This document shows positions 1 through 10,468 of a stretch of 64,000 nt of DNA, in pieces (position 1 is the stretch's first letter; each line of letters begins with the position of its first letter). The stretch is from the NCBI GenBank assembly GCA_963827655.1, contig CAWHCF010000029.1:32001-96000 (forward strand). Direction: 5' to 3'. A model generated the notes under the pieces. That model was not told the origin of the DNA and ran no database searches. It worked only from the letters and a program-made list of their open reading frames with translations. A program made the translations under genes and the position numbers. The DNA comes from an uncultured Acidobacteriota bacterium (GTDB lineage Bacteria; Acidobacteriota; UBA6911).

Positions 1-825
1 AATCAGGTACTGCTCTCGCGCTGGTTCGATAAATCGCGCGGAAAAGCCATGGGGTTTGCGTATCTGGGAATAGGGATCGGAGGCGCCATCGTTCCGCTCC
101 TGGCTCACTGGCTCACCGGAGAACTCGGATGGCAGGGAGCGTTGAGGGCTCTTGGAATCTTGATGATTGCGATAGCCTTTCCGGTAGCCTTCTTTGTCAA
201 AGAGTCTCCGGGTGAGCCGCAATCTCGAAAACAGGCCATGGAACCCGTTCCAGTCGGAGACATTTTCAAGAGAGGATCCTTCTACCTGCTTGCAATCGGG
301 AGCATGTGTTCCATCGCGGCAGTCGGGGGGACGATGCAGAATCTCAAGCTCTTTCTCAGCCTGGACCAGAAGTACGCCCAGGGTGAAATCGCAAGGGTCC
401 TGTCGCTCGTCCTGGTCGGCAGCATCGCAGGCCGGTTGCTCATGGGATGGATGGCAGACCACTTTCCCAAGAAGTATGTCATGCTGTTGATATACTCGAT
501 CGTGGCCTGCGCCATACCGCTTCTCTTCTACGCCTCTTCTCCGGCCGTCCTCTACCTTTTCGCCATCACCTTCGGCATCGGGTTGGGAGGGGACTACATG
601 ATCATTCCGCTCATGGCGGCTGAGCTATTCGGCATTCGAGTGCTCGGCCGCCTTATGGGCGTGATTCTCACTGCAGACGGGGTGGCTGAGGCACTGGCGC
701 CCATGCTCGTGGCCTCGGTCCGAGATTCGACCCGGAGTTATGCGGGCGGGTTCGCGATACTGGTGGTTCTGGCGGCCATCGGCGCTGTGGCCGTCGCTTT
801 CTTGCCCAAGGCAAGATCCGATTGA
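1..825 (+). CDS. MFS transporter (OFA/MCT-like), 5'-truncated by the window edge
   Basis: The frame is open from base 1 (NQVLLSRWFDKSRGKAMG...). It has multiple TM helices and MFS motif A (GWMADHFPKK). Confidence 0.88.
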   Translation, partial: NQVLLSRWFDKSRGKAMGFAYLGIGIGGAIVPLLAHWLTGELGWQGALRALGILMIAIAFPVAFFVKESPGEPQSRKQAMEPVPVGDIFKRGSFYLLAIGSMCSIAAVGGTMQNLKLFLSLDQKYAQGEIARVLSLVLVGSIAGRLLMGWMADHFPKKYVMLLIYSIVACAIPLLFYASSPAVLYLFAITFGIGLGGDYMIIPLMAAELFGIRVLGRLMGVILTADGVAEALAPMLVASVRDSTRSYAGGFAILVVLAAIGAVAVAFLPKARSD

Positions 826-1001
826 CGATTGACGATTGACGATTGCAGCTTGGCAGCTGACGTTCGTATTATCGTCAATCGTCAGATGGTTATCGCATAG
901 AAGCTTCGCAATCGGCGCAAGTGTGACCAGCTACCATCGACGATAAGGCAAACGCGGTCTGCCAACGCAATCGTCAATCGTCAATCGTAAATCGTCAATC
1001 G
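820..1001. repeat. Inverted arrays of the heptamer GATTGAC/GTCAATC between convergent genes
   Basis: (GATTGAC)x3+GATTGC at 820-846 faces GCAATC(GTCAATC)x2-GTAAATC-GTCAATC at 967-1000. A partial copy lies at 871-884. Confidence 0.9.
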
Positions 1002-1784
1002 AAGGATTCGCTCCAGCGCGGTGATCGAGTAATAAAGAACGGTCGCGATCAGCGCAAGTACAGTCAGCGCCGCAAAGAGTAGGGCCGTGTTCACGCTGGA
1101 ACCGGCCACAAGAAGCAGGTACCCCAGCCCGCGATCCGCTCCGGCGAACTCTGCCGCCGTCACCCCGGCCACAGCAAGTGCAACCGCCATTCTGAGACCT
1201 TTGAAAATGTGTGGAAGACTGGCTGGAACCTTCACCTTGAAAAATAGTTGAGCTTTCCTCGCGCCCATTGCTCGGGTGAGGTCAATCAGTCCTTTGGGGA
1301 TCGAAAGCAAACCGAACATGGTCTGGGTCACAATGGGGAAGAAGCTGACCAGCAGGGCCATCAAGACCTTGGGCATCGTGCCGAATCCAAACCAGGCTAG
1401 TAACAACGGGGCCGTGGCGATGAGAGGAACAACCTGGCCGAACTGCAGCAAGGGCGCAAGCGCGCGATTCAGCGAATAAAACGAAGCCATGAGAAACCCG
1501 AGCGGAATAGCAAGCACAACAGCGCACAGGAAGCCGCCGGCAGCCTCACTGGCGGTAACCGAGGCGTGCTCGTACAACTTGGGTCCCTCTTTCCACATTT
1601 CCAGTAAGATCCTGGACGGCGTGGGCAACAGATCCGTTCGCAGCTGAAGAGCCCTTCCGAGAACCTCCCAACCCGACAGAGTCGATGCCACAATGACGGC
1701 GACCAGAACTCTACCCATCCAGGGCTGACCGGCGCGAGTCGTATCCGCACGATCTGCCGAGGGTGATTCAGACATTCGATTCAT
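981..1784 (-). CDS. ABC transporter permease, SsuC/TauC/ThiX (NitT) family
   Basis: LPTPS motif, about 6 TM segments, EAA-like loop (DLTRAMGARKAQLFFKVKVPASLP) and AEFAGADRGLG. No ATPase or binding-protein gene is adjacent. Confidence 0.88.
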   Translation of the reverse strand: MNRMSESPSADRADTTRAGQPWMGRVLVAVIVASTLSGWEVLGRALQLRTDLLPTPSRILLEMWKEGPKLYEHASVTASEAAGGFLCAVVLAIPLGFLMASFYSLNRALAPLLQFGQVVPLIATAPLLLAWFGFGTMPKVLMALLVSFFPIVTQTMFGLLSIPKGLIDLTRAMGARKAQLFFKVKVPASLPHIFKGLRMAVALAVAGVTAAEFAGADRGLGYLLLVAGSSVNTALLFAALTVLALIATVLYYSITALERILRLTIYD

Positions 1785-1966
1785 GGTCGAGAGGTACCTT
1801 GTAAGACCGAGCAGTTAGCGCAGGAGTTTTCGGAAGGTCATGTGTGACGGAGACGGGAATTCCAACCAACTCCCGGAGCCCCCTGCACATTGATTTCATT
1901 TTCTTCTTTACAGCCAGAGTTTTCCCGGTCATAAATCATGTTCAGGCCGGATGTATTATAGCGCGC

Positions 1967-1994
1967 TTGACTTCTTGGCCGCTTTACTCATAAT
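1967..1994 (+). promoter_or_regulatory. Putative sigma70-type promoter for the TPR/VWA operon
   Basis: TTGACT-16 nt-CATAAT about 65 nt upstream of the 2061 start. Confidence 0.4.
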
Positions 1995-2060
1995 GGCTCT
2001 AGATCTTCGTACCCATTCGTAGAAGCAGCCGTAGTCCCCCCAACGTGCGAGGAGGTTAGG

Positions 2061-5000
2061 GTGTTTAGAAGCGCACGTGGAGCCGGTGAATTCTTCCGAA
2101 TAGGGGCCCTGTGTATTGTAGCGTGTGGGTCTCTCACTGGCTTCGCTGCTTTCCAATCCAGCGAGAACGCAAACAAGCTTAGCCTTTCCGTCTACGTTGA
2201 TGGCGCCCCGCCGGGGCTTGGCGCCTCCGATTTTGCGGTCTCTGCCGGCGATTCCACTTTAAAAGTAGATTCCTCAGTTCCACTCGGTAAATCCCGTCCA
2301 ATTCTGATTATTGTCGATCCAGGTTCTTACAGTCGAACCGAACTCCGGCGCCGGCTTTCCTTGTTGAGCGCTGCCTTGGCCGAACCGACGGCGAGCGGCC
2401 AGGAGCCAGTCCCGCTTCGTTTGGGCTTTCCAATCCTGGATGGGGTCCTGACGGACACGATCACGGATCGAAAATTCCTTGGGAAGAGACTGGATTCAGC
2501 CATCGAGAGTTTCCTTCCAGCCGGACCCGAGTCAGAGACGGGGAATCTCGGGCGGTTCCTCGACCTGGTCGTGGAACTGGTGCGCCGGGCTGAAGAAGCC
2601 GGCGGCCCCGTGGATTGCCTGATTCTCGCGCGCGATCGAGGTTTTCCACCAGAGGAGGCGGATTATTTGAATTGGGGATCTGAGCGTCAGATTCTGAACG
2701 CCTCTACCAGAAAAGGAAGCACTTTTTACGGGTATCTGGACGAGTCGGGAATCATTCAAGACGTCTGCGTCGCCAGTGGCGGGCTGGTTTTTCGCGCGAA
2801 TGAGCCTGCGGACGCGGTGGTGCGCAAGATCATGTCGCGGCGGGCCAGAGGATACACGCTCGCGGTTGAGCGACCCGCGAAATCTGATCGCGAGGGACGA
2901 GTTGGGCTGGGCTTAAAGCTCGAAGGACGCACCGGGGCGGTGCAGGGCCCGCGTGCCTTGTGGCAAAACCCTGGCGGCGGTGCCGTTCCGGATCATTACC
3001 GAATGCGTCAGGCGCTTGATTGGATACGCCGCGCAAAGGAAGCTGAAAAGGACGAAAACCTGACCATCGCCCTCCGGTTCATTGAGATGTGCCTTCAGGA
3101 AGATTCCTGGAATCCTCAGGCTTTCTACCTCGGCGGCAAGATCGCGGCTGATAGCGGAGACCTCAACCTGGCTGCCTCCTACCTGACACGTGCGGTAACC
3201 TCCGGGGTTCCCAGTGAGCCTGCTCTCCTGCTCTACGGTCGCGTATTGGATAGACTCGGCCGACCACGCGAGGCTCTGGGAGCCTTTCAGGCCTCGCTGA
3301 GCTCGGGGCTCAGCGCCTCACCTGCGATCAATCTCCAAATGGCCCGGTTGCTGGCATCCAATCGCCAGCATGACGAGGCGCGGCAGGCGTTCGAATCGGT
3401 GCTTGGCAGCGAAGTCGATGATGATGCGACACGGGCGGACTACGGGAAAACCCTCTGGCTTTCCGGTAACAAGACTGCGGCCGCCGAGCAATACCGCCTG
3501 GCGCTTTCGAAAAACCCTGTGAATGCCGCCGCACTCATACATTTTTCCGCAGTCGCGTCGTCTGAGGGGGATGAGAAGGAAGCCTTGGATCTGGGGCTGC
3601 GTGCCCTGAAGGCCCATCCGAAAAACCCCGACACGCACGCGCACATGGGAGAGCTGTATGGCGAACGCGAGAAATGGGGCCCTGCGGTTGATTACTATCG
3701 AGCGGCCCTTGCGCTCGCACCAGGCCGGCGTGACATCACGGCTCGGCTCGTCGATGTACTGGTCCGAGCCGGACGGCCCGGCGAGTCGCTGGATTTATTG
3801 CGCAAGGAGCTGGAGTCTAATCCCTCCGACATCGATGCCTACCGCGCTCTAGCGGGGATTCAGGCAAAGAGCGGCCAACTCACCGAGGCTGTCGCTACCC
3901 TCGAGGGTGGAGCCGCACAGGCGTCGAAGGAAGCTCACGTTCTCTACCGCGATGCAGCGGTGCTGCGGGAGCGGCGCGGAGAGTATGGACAGGCCTTGCT
4001 GGACTATCGTGCCATGCTGAAATCCGTAGGATCCGAAGCTGCTCGCACGGTCGAGAATTCCCTGTCTCAACACCTCGCTTTTCTCTCGCTTTCCGTCAAC
4101 AGTGGAAGTTCCGCGGACAAGGAGCTGGGACCGGGCGCCGAGTTTCTGCCCAAGTTAGAGCCGACGCCGGCGGCTGCTGAAGAAAGTCGTAGTGAAGGAG
4201 AATTGGTCGTTCCGGGAGGCCTCACGCTCCTGGCGAGCACTCTGGGAGTAGAGGTCGGCTGGTTGCGAGAGCCCGAGGCGACCGAGCGTGTTTTTTCGTT
4301 CATGTTGGAGGTGAGCCCCAGTCACAGCGAGCGCCTGCAGGATAACCCGTTGCGCCGCGACCTGATTGCCTACCTTCGCAACTATGATGATCTGATCAAC
4401 CACATGCGCAAGCGCGGGTTATTACCCGCAGAGTTCGATCCCTTCAAGGGACATGAGTTTGTTTTTCCTTTGATAGGACCAGAGCCCGAGCTCAAGAAAA
4501 CCCAGCAGTTTCTCTCATTCTTTGGCGTGGGCCTGAAGGTCAAGCGATCCGGAGACGACTTTTCCGTCAACCTGACGCTCAAGGAGAACCGAGGCGCGAC
4601 GGAACGGCAACAGCTTTTGCGGAACCTGGGGATCAATCTGCTGGATCGAAATCTTCGGGAGCTTCGAGTAAGGCTCCGCAATGACAAGCTCCCGCTCCTT
4701 TACGATGAGCAGACGTGGTCCGGTAAAATCCTTGCCAATGAAAAAGCAAAATCAAAACAGTTGCTTGGGCGTCTGGTTCTGAGCGCCCGCGCAATGAACC
4801 TCTATGTCGCCCTGGCTGGGTGTTCAGACGCCACCCGGGATGGCTTGATTAAATCCACCGGTCCCGGGGAGCTGTTGAGCATGTCGGAGGCATTATCCAC
4901 CTTCGGGCGCCATCTCGATTTCAAAGATGGTCAGCTGGTCGTGCCCGGGCGACGGGAGACCTGGGAGGAGTTCCTGAGTGCGAAGGGGGGTGCGCAGGGA

Positions 5001-7424
5001 AGCATGGTGTCCAGCTTGCTCCGGCGGGATCAAGGAAAGGGACTACTCCTCTACTACTCTCTGTCGGTTGCTCCGAAACCCGTCCAGGATTTTTTCACAG
5101 CCTCGCCCCAGCGACTGAACGACATTTACCAGACCGTGGCGCTGGGCGCGTCGATTCGCCCGGCGTCCAGCGCCTCTGGCGCAGGGAAGCAGGACCCGGG
5201 GCGCATTCTGCGCCAGTTCTCAGCCGACAGCCAGGGACTTCTTCTTTCGTTAGACCAGCGTTTCGGGAAGTTTCTAACGCCTGGTCCTGTCACTGACGAC
5301 GCCTCCAAGGCGGCCGACACCGCAGGCATGCTGCGTGTCAGTCCAAAGCAGTTGCCCAAGCTGCTGGACCAGGGAACCTCTCCCAGTCCAGCTTTGTATC
5401 TTTCGGTCGTGGACACGGTGGAGTTTCTTAAATATGTCCAGTCGGAGAATCCGGCAATTTTAACCGAGGCCTCGATCGCAGCGATCATGCTTGATCCGGC
5501 GCTGACGCCGTCGTTGCTGGATCTGGTTTGGGATCTCAATCCTTCGCCAGAGCTATCGGTCAAATATCTGGCCTATTGCCGTGAGCTCGCGCAATCAGCC
5601 AAATCGACCTGGAACGCCAACAAGAATCGTACCTCTCAGTCGTTATTTTATCTTCTCTCACTCCTGTACCGTGAAGGGACCCTCTCGGCGGAGAACGCGA
5701 GAAAACTTCTTGAAGCGGCTCTCGAACGGCTTTCCTCGCCTGACGAGGGAACTTTTGCCATGGAAGTATCGCGTTTTCTAACCGAGCAATTTCTGCCTGC
5801 AGTAAAGCAGTCTCTCCCCGCGGGCCGTGAAGGCGCAGAGCTGGTTCTGCAAGGTCTCGCCGGCACGAATCAACCTCGGGAGTTCATATTTGAAGGAAAG
5901 CAGCTCCAGCTCGATCTGACCGGGTACAAGCTCCAGCGGATGAAAACCGCGATCCAGCAGCAAGTCTATACGCCGCTCGAGCAGCTCCTTGAGATTTACG
6001 CCGCTTTACTGGAGTTGCAGTCAGGCAAGCCTGCAGCCAGCGCTCTTCAAAGTCTGGAAAAAGGCTTAAGGGAAACCAAGGGCGCGGAGTTTTCAATTCG
6101 ATCCAAAGGGCTGACAGTTCCGGAGAACACGAAGGCTCTGAAACAGTCGGTTGCGCACGTGGAAATCGAGCCGCTGCGACAGAAAGTGGTTCTTCTATCG
6201 CAGGGGAACCAGGGCCAGGGAAGTACGTCGAAGCTGGCCTCGGAAATCGCCGCGGCGCTCCATACCGAGCTGGGGATCACTCTTTTGAGCTACTGCTACG
6301 CTTACCATGGATCTCCTGAAACCGACGCTCTGGCCTTCGATCCGAACTTCGTTCGGAAGCATGACTTCTCCGGCCAGGGTTTGCGTGCGGATACCGCATG
6401 GGGAGCAACTCGCCTGGAGCAGAAAGAAGGAGTGGGTACCTCCTTTGCGGGATCGGTCTCCGGTCTCGGCTTTGAGCTGAGTCGTCTGGAGACTGCCCAG
6501 TCGGTCCAGAGTTTCGGAAGGAGAGAGGGAAGGGGCTTGGTGCCGACGCTCCTCACCGGGATGCGAATAATCCGGCCCTCGCTGCGAAGCGACCGGGCGC
6601 AGGAGTATGTCGCCCTTTCCGTGAGGCTGGGACGCGAGGTTCTGGCTTTGTCGGCTGTGAACGCGAATCTCCGCCTCTGGTGTGAGAACTTTCTCCGGAC
6701 CCTGGTGTCACCGCGGCGGCGGGAGCGCGCGCTGCAGCTGGTACAGGAGGGGAATGCCCGGGCTGCCAGCGCGATTCTTTCGGCGTCCGAACTGTTCTTT
6801 ATCGGAGAAGCTTATCTGACTTCCTCCCAGGGACTGCCGCCTCGCTCGCCTTCGTCTGACATCGCAGGCGTCGAGGCGGGAAACAGCGGTTCGGCCGACG
6901 GGATTTCGGGGAACAGCCCCAATGGAAATGGCTCCGCTCATGGGTTGCCGTCAATCGAATCCTCGCTCGACGTCGATTGCCCGGTACTGGTCCGCATCAA
7001 AGAGATCATTCCAGCCCAAGGGAGCAGCGAGGCTCGCCAGTTTCGTCGTGAAGTCGAACAGTATGGCATCCTGCTGCGACGGCGCTTGGGTTTAAGCCAG
7101 CTCTCGTTCTCGCTGGCAGACTCGTACGAGCAGCTGGAAAGGAACTCCAGAGAGGAGCTCCTTTACGAGCGCATTTGCGATCTGAAGATCAAGATTGCCG
7201 AACTCAGCTACTCGCTCGGCCTTCCCGCGTACCTGGGTGAAGTCCTGGGAGAGCTGGCAGTCCGGGATATCCTTCCTCAATCGGCTGCGGTTCGCACGAA
7301 TAGCTGGAAGCTCGCCCTGGAGCAGATTGGGCGACTCGAGCCGGAGAATGCGCGCAATTGGGTTGAAGAACTACTGAACCGGGGAATCCTCGCCATACTA
7401 ACAAAGACTGCTGCTGAAAAATAA
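2061..7424 (+). CDS. Large putative secreted protein: degenerate VWA-like module, TPR array and ~1000-aa uncharacterised C-terminal region
   Basis: 1787-aa ORF with a hydrophobic N-terminal signal-like stretch. The N-terminus resembles acidobacterial VWA modules (GLGASDFAVS...ILIIVDPGS...GYTL). TPR-like helix repeats span about residues 315-660. The start codon is uncertain. Confidence 0.8.
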   Translation: MFRSARGAGEFFRIGALCIVACGSLTGFAAFQSSENANKLSLSVYVDGAPPGLGASDFAVSAGDSTLKVDSSVPLGKSRPILIIVDPGSYSRTELRRRLSLLSAALAEPTASGQEPVPLRLGFPILDGVLTDTITDRKFLGKRLDSAIESFLPAGPESETGNLGRFLDLVVELVRRAEEAGGPVDCLILARDRGFPPEEADYLNWGSERQILNASTRKGSTFYGYLDESGIIQDVCVASGGLVFRANEPADAVVRKIMSRRARGYTLAVERPAKSDREGRVGLGLKLEGRTGAVQGPRALWQNPGGGAVPDHYRMRQALDWIRRAKEAEKDENLTIALRFIEMCLQEDSWNPQAFYLGGKIAADSGDLNLAASYLTRAVTSGVPSEPALLLYGRVLDRLGRPREALGAFQASLSSGLSASPAINLQMARLLASNRQHDEARQAFESVLGSEVDDDATRADYGKTLWLSGNKTAAAEQYRLALSKNPVNAAALIHFSAVASSEGDEKEALDLGLRALKAHPKNPDTHAHMGELYGEREKWGPAVDYYRAALALAPGRRDITARLVDVLVRAGRPGESLDLLRKELESNPSDIDAYRALAGIQAKSGQLTEAVATLEGGAAQASKEAHVLYRDAAVLRERRGEYGQALLDYRAMLKSVGSEAARTVENSLSQHLAFLSLSVNSGSSADKELGPGAEFLPKLEPTPAAAEESRSEGELVVPGGLTLLASTLGVEVGWLREPEATERVFSFMLEVSPSHSERLQDNPLRRDLIAYLRNYDDLINHMRKRGLLPAEFDPFKGHEFVFPLIGPEPELKKTQQFLSFFGVGLKVKRSGDDFSVNLTLKENRGATERQQLLRNLGINLLDRNLRELRVRLRNDKLPLLYDEQTWSGKILANEKAKSKQLLGRLVLSARAMNLYVALAGCSDATRDGLIKSTGPGELLSMSEALSTFGRHLDFKDGQLVVPGRRETWEEFLSAKGGAQGSMVSSLLRRDQGKGLLLYYSLSVAPKPVQDFFTASPQRLNDIYQTVALGASIRPASSASGAGKQDPGRILRQFSADSQGLLLSLDQRFGKFLTPGPVTDDASKAADTAGMLRVSPKQLPKLLDQGTSPSPALYLSVVDTVEFLKYVQSENPAILTEASIAAIMLDPALTPSLLDLVWDLNPSPELSVKYLAYCRELAQSAKSTWNANKNRTSQSLFYLLSLLYREGTLSAENARKLLEAALERLSSPDEGTFAMEVSRFLTEQFLPAVKQSLPAGREGAELVLQGLAGTNQPREFIFEGKQLQLDLTGYKLQRMKTAIQQQVYTPLEQLLEIYAALLELQSGKPAASALQSLEKGLRETKGAEFSIRSKGLTVPENTKALKQSVAHVEIEPLRQKVVLLSQGNQGQGSTSKLASEIAAALHTELGITLLSYCYAYHGSPETDALAFDPNFVRKHDFSGQGLRADTAWGATRLEQKEGVGTSFAGSVSGLGFELSRLETAQSVQSFGRREGRGLVPTLLTGMRIIRPSLRSDRAQEYVALSVRLGREVLALSAVNANLRLWCENFLRTLVSPRRRERALQLVQEGNARAASAILSASELFFIGEAYLTSSQGLPPRSPSSDIAGVEAGNSGSADGISGNSPNGNGSAHGLPSIESSLDVDCPVLVRIKEIIPAQGSSEARQFRREVEQYGILLRRRLGLSQLSFSLADSYEQLERNSREELLYERICDLKIKIAELSYSLGLPAYLGEVLGELAVRDILPQSAAVRTNSWKLALEQIGRLEPENARNWVEELLNRGILAILTKTAAEK

Positions 7425-7433
7425 GGAGCTGTC

Positions 7434-10388
7434 ATGACCTGTCGCAATGCTCTTATCCTTTTCTTGATGGCCCTCACTTGTTTGGCGAATCCGGCTGTTT
7501 CCCAGGATCCAAAACCCGAAGCGGAACCTCAGGATCTCACCTATCGCGTACAGTCGCAGCTCGTCCAGATTTACTTGACAGTAACCGAAGGAACCCAGCG
7601 GATAAGCGACCTGAAGCAGTCAGATTTTTCGGTTTCGGAGGACGGTGTTGCAAAAGACATAGATCGCCTCGACAGCGGGACGGTTCCGCTTCAGGTAGCG
7701 CTCCTGCTCGATACCAGCGAAAGCATGCGCGAAGCCCTGCCCAGCACGCAAGAAGCCGCAGCCTACTTCGTCGAGTCGTTGAGCGTCCGCGATCGCGTTA
7801 CGTTGGTTCCGTTCAATTCCGACATTCGGAGCATTCATCAACTCTCCGACGATCGCGCGCCGATCCTGCACGCGATCCGGAGTACTCAAGCGGTTGGCGG
7901 AACGAAACTTTATGACGCGCTCCTTTTTGCCATGAAGCATCTGAGCGGCAAGGAGGGGCGAAAGGCGATCGTGGCATTCTCGGACGGAGAGGACACGGCG
8001 CGAAGCTCATCGCTCAATATCGTGATGGCTGCTGCCGCGCGCTATGGTTTCCCGATCTATACCATCGGGGCCGGCGCGGGTCTACGCCGGGATTCTCTCA
8101 AACGGGTGATGCGCCAGCTCGCCGACATCAACAGCGGCAAGATGTATGTGGTTGAAGACCCGCGTGACTTGCGCGAAGCATTTACCGAGGTCTCCTCCGA
8201 GCTGAGCTCCGCCTACGTGCTGAATTACTACACACAGGTTCCCTTCGATGGGCGCTGGCACGACGTCAAAATCTCGCTTTCGAACCCGAAATATCGTGTG
8301 CATTGTCGCAGGGGTTTTTATGCCAAGGCCGGCGGCTCAAGCGCTCTGTTGACGGATCTGGGAGAAAATGACCGAAAACGCACCTTCAACGTGCGCGATT
8401 ATGCGGATGCTCCCGAGGGAGCCGCCAAGGTTGCAGCCACCGAGGTTCTCAAGACCCCGGTTTCGATGCGCGAGCTTGAGGCGAGTCCGCTCCGTAGTTC
8501 AGCTCCGGCCGCCGGACAGAGTGGGACTCAATCAAAGACTCCGGTCTTCAAGGTAGAGTCCCGCTTCGTGGAGGTTCCCGTCATCGTCGAAAGTCCGACT
8601 GGACGGGAATTGCCATTGCTCACGGAGAAAGACTTCCGCGTCTACGAAGACGATTCCCTGAGGGAGATTGCCTTCTTCAGCCGGGACATCGCCACGCAAA
8701 ACCTGTCGCAGCTGAGAGACAAGGCGATGAAAAAAGTGGGCGCGCCGGAAAGCTCTGTGACTTTGTCCAGCGACGGCGACAACGTACTCCTGGGTCGCTA
8801 CTACCTGGTGCTGGATGACATGATGTCGGATGTCTCCTCCTTTCTCCAGACCAAGACAGCCGCCGAGAAAATTGTCCGGGAGTTTCATAGTCCTCTGCGC
8901 CCGGTTTCCCTCCATTTCACGAGTCAGGCTCAAGCGGATATCCTGGCTCAAGACAGCCTGGAGATCATGCTCCAGAAGATTCGCAAGTCGCTTCCGCGCG
9001 CGAGCCGAGAGCTGACCACGAGCGACAATATCATGAGCGTCTATGAGGCATACCTGATCGAACGCGGGGACACGCAGGCGACCCAGTTGGCGGAGCTGCG
9101 CTATGCCTCCAGCCTTTTGCTGCGATACAAGAATGACCTTGGGGAAGTGGAGGGACAGGAAGTAGCCAGCCCGGAGATGGTCATCAATTCGGTTCAGAAC
9201 ACCAGCCGCCAGCTGGTCGCGTCAAATTTCGCGCAGCTTACACGCGCCCTCGATGGTCTGCGCGCCGTGGTGGCGGCAGCCACATCCGATCCGGGGACTC
9301 ATCCCAAAACCGCCATCTTCCTCTCCTCCGGTTTCTCTCTAGGCCGCACGAGCGCGCGGGGCGACATGGCCGGGATGCTCGACAACATTATTGCCGCAGC
9401 GAAGCGAAGCACTGTGAAGGTCAATGCCATTGACGCGGCCGGTCTTACGGTCGATGAATCTCTGGGGATCGGGGCCAATGGCGCCTTCCTGGTGCGCAAT
9501 CCTCACCTGAGTTCAATCCTGGCCGAACATGCCCGAAGCTGGCACAGCGATAAGCAGTCCCCGCTGTTTCAGATGGCCTCCGAAACAGGAGGCAAATTCG
9601 TTCATTCGAACAACGACCTGGCTTCCGCCGCTTCCACGGTGATGCGGTCTTCCGGGCAGCTCTACTACCTCGGGTACCTTTCCAAGCAGCCTGCCGACGG
9701 TCGTTTCCACCGAATTCGCGTCACCAGCTCATTGAGCACGGCAAAGATCCACGCGCGCAAAGGGTATATTGCCGGGCGACAAAACGCGCCCGAGACGCTG
9801 GCTGCTACCAGTCCCGAGGGAGAGGACTGGGAAGGACTTCTGGTTCGAGCCAATGAGGCTCGCAAGAACGGGGACATGAAGGAACTCGCTGCCAGCCTGG
9901 AGGCCCTGGTGCGCCGATTTCCGAACGAGTCGAACTTCTGGTTCAACCTGGGCGCGGCTCATTTGAAGCTCGGGAATCCCCTGCGCGCGGTCGAGGTGTT
10001 GCAAAAGGCGTTTGCGCTTTCGCCGGATGACAAAACCATTGCGCTGACTCTTTCGCAGGCATTCATGGCTTCAGGTTCTCCTGACGCGGCTAGCGAGACC
10101 CTGGAGATCATGGCTCGCCGCCATCCGCGCGATGTGGACCTGCTTATGCTGCTTGGGCGAGTCTACGAATCGGATTCCCGGGTCGAACAGGCCTACGAAA
10201 CATACCGCAGAATCCTTGATCTTTCGCTGGCGCCTCCCCTCGACCTCTATGTTCTTTTGACACGCACGTCTATGCGCTTGGGACGGCGCGTGGAAGCGGG
10301 GCTGTTTATTGATGATTTCCTGAGACGGGGTGGATCGGCCGGGCAGATCGAAGCCTGGCGCCAGGTCCTCGGTCCGGCTTCGCAATAG
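7434..10388 (+). CDS. Secreted tandem VWA-domain protein (acidobacterial VWFA-related) with C-terminal TPRs
   Basis: Signal peptide. VWA1 has an intact MIDAS (LLDTSESM, TKLYDA, FSDGED) plus Y..Y...DGRWHDVKI. VWA2 is degenerate (LDDMMSD, FLSSGF, SETGG, YYLGY...DGRFHRIRV). TPRs at the C-terminus. AAGGAG SD. Confidence 0.88.
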   Translation: MTCRNALILFLMALTCLANPAVSQDPKPEAEPQDLTYRVQSQLVQIYLTVTEGTQRISDLKQSDFSVSEDGVAKDIDRLDSGTVPLQVALLLDTSESMREALPSTQEAAAYFVESLSVRDRVTLVPFNSDIRSIHQLSDDRAPILHAIRSTQAVGGTKLYDALLFAMKHLSGKEGRKAIVAFSDGEDTARSSSLNIVMAAAARYGFPIYTIGAGAGLRRDSLKRVMRQLADINSGKMYVVEDPRDLREAFTEVSSELSSAYVLNYYTQVPFDGRWHDVKISLSNPKYRVHCRRGFYAKAGGSSALLTDLGENDRKRTFNVRDYADAPEGAAKVAATEVLKTPVSMRELEASPLRSSAPAAGQSGTQSKTPVFKVESRFVEVPVIVESPTGRELPLLTEKDFRVYEDDSLREIAFFSRDIATQNLSQLRDKAMKKVGAPESSVTLSSDGDNVLLGRYYLVLDDMMSDVSSFLQTKTAAEKIVREFHSPLRPVSLHFTSQAQADILAQDSLEIMLQKIRKSLPRASRELTTSDNIMSVYEAYLIERGDTQATQLAELRYASSLLLRYKNDLGEVEGQEVASPEMVINSVQNTSRQLVASNFAQLTRALDGLRAVVAAATSDPGTHPKTAIFLSSGFSLGRTSARGDMAGMLDNIIAAAKRSTVKVNAIDAAGLTVDESLGIGANGAFLVRNPHLSSILAEHARSWHSDKQSPLFQMASETGGKFVHSNNDLASAASTVMRSSGQLYYLGYLSKQPADGRFHRIRVTSSLSTAKIHARKGYIAGRQNAPETLAATSPEGEDWEGLLVRANEARKNGDMKELAASLEALVRRFPNESNFWFNLGAAHLKLGNPLRAVEVLQKAFALSPDDKTIALTLSQAFMASGSPDAASETLEIMARRHPRDVDLLMLLGRVYESDSRVEQAYETYRRILDLSLAPPLDLYVLLTRTSMRLGRRVEAGLFIDDFLRRGGSAGQIEAWRQVLGPASQ

Positions 10389-10417
10389 GACAGGGCGGGC
10401 CGTCCCAGAGAAGGAAC

Positions 10418-10446
10418 TTGACACAATCCATGATACACGGTACAAA
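10418..10446 (+). promoter_or_regulatory. Putative sigma70 promoter of the leader-cysG operon
   Basis: Consensus TTGACA (10418-10423), 17-nt spacer, TACAAA (10441-10446). Confidence 0.6.
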
Positions 10447-10468
10447 ACTTGAGTCAGGTTATAAGGAT

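Noticed and set aside
1785-1960. TPP riboswitch upstream of the ThiX-like permease
   Set aside because: The conserved CTGAGA and CCTGA...AGGGA elements are absent.
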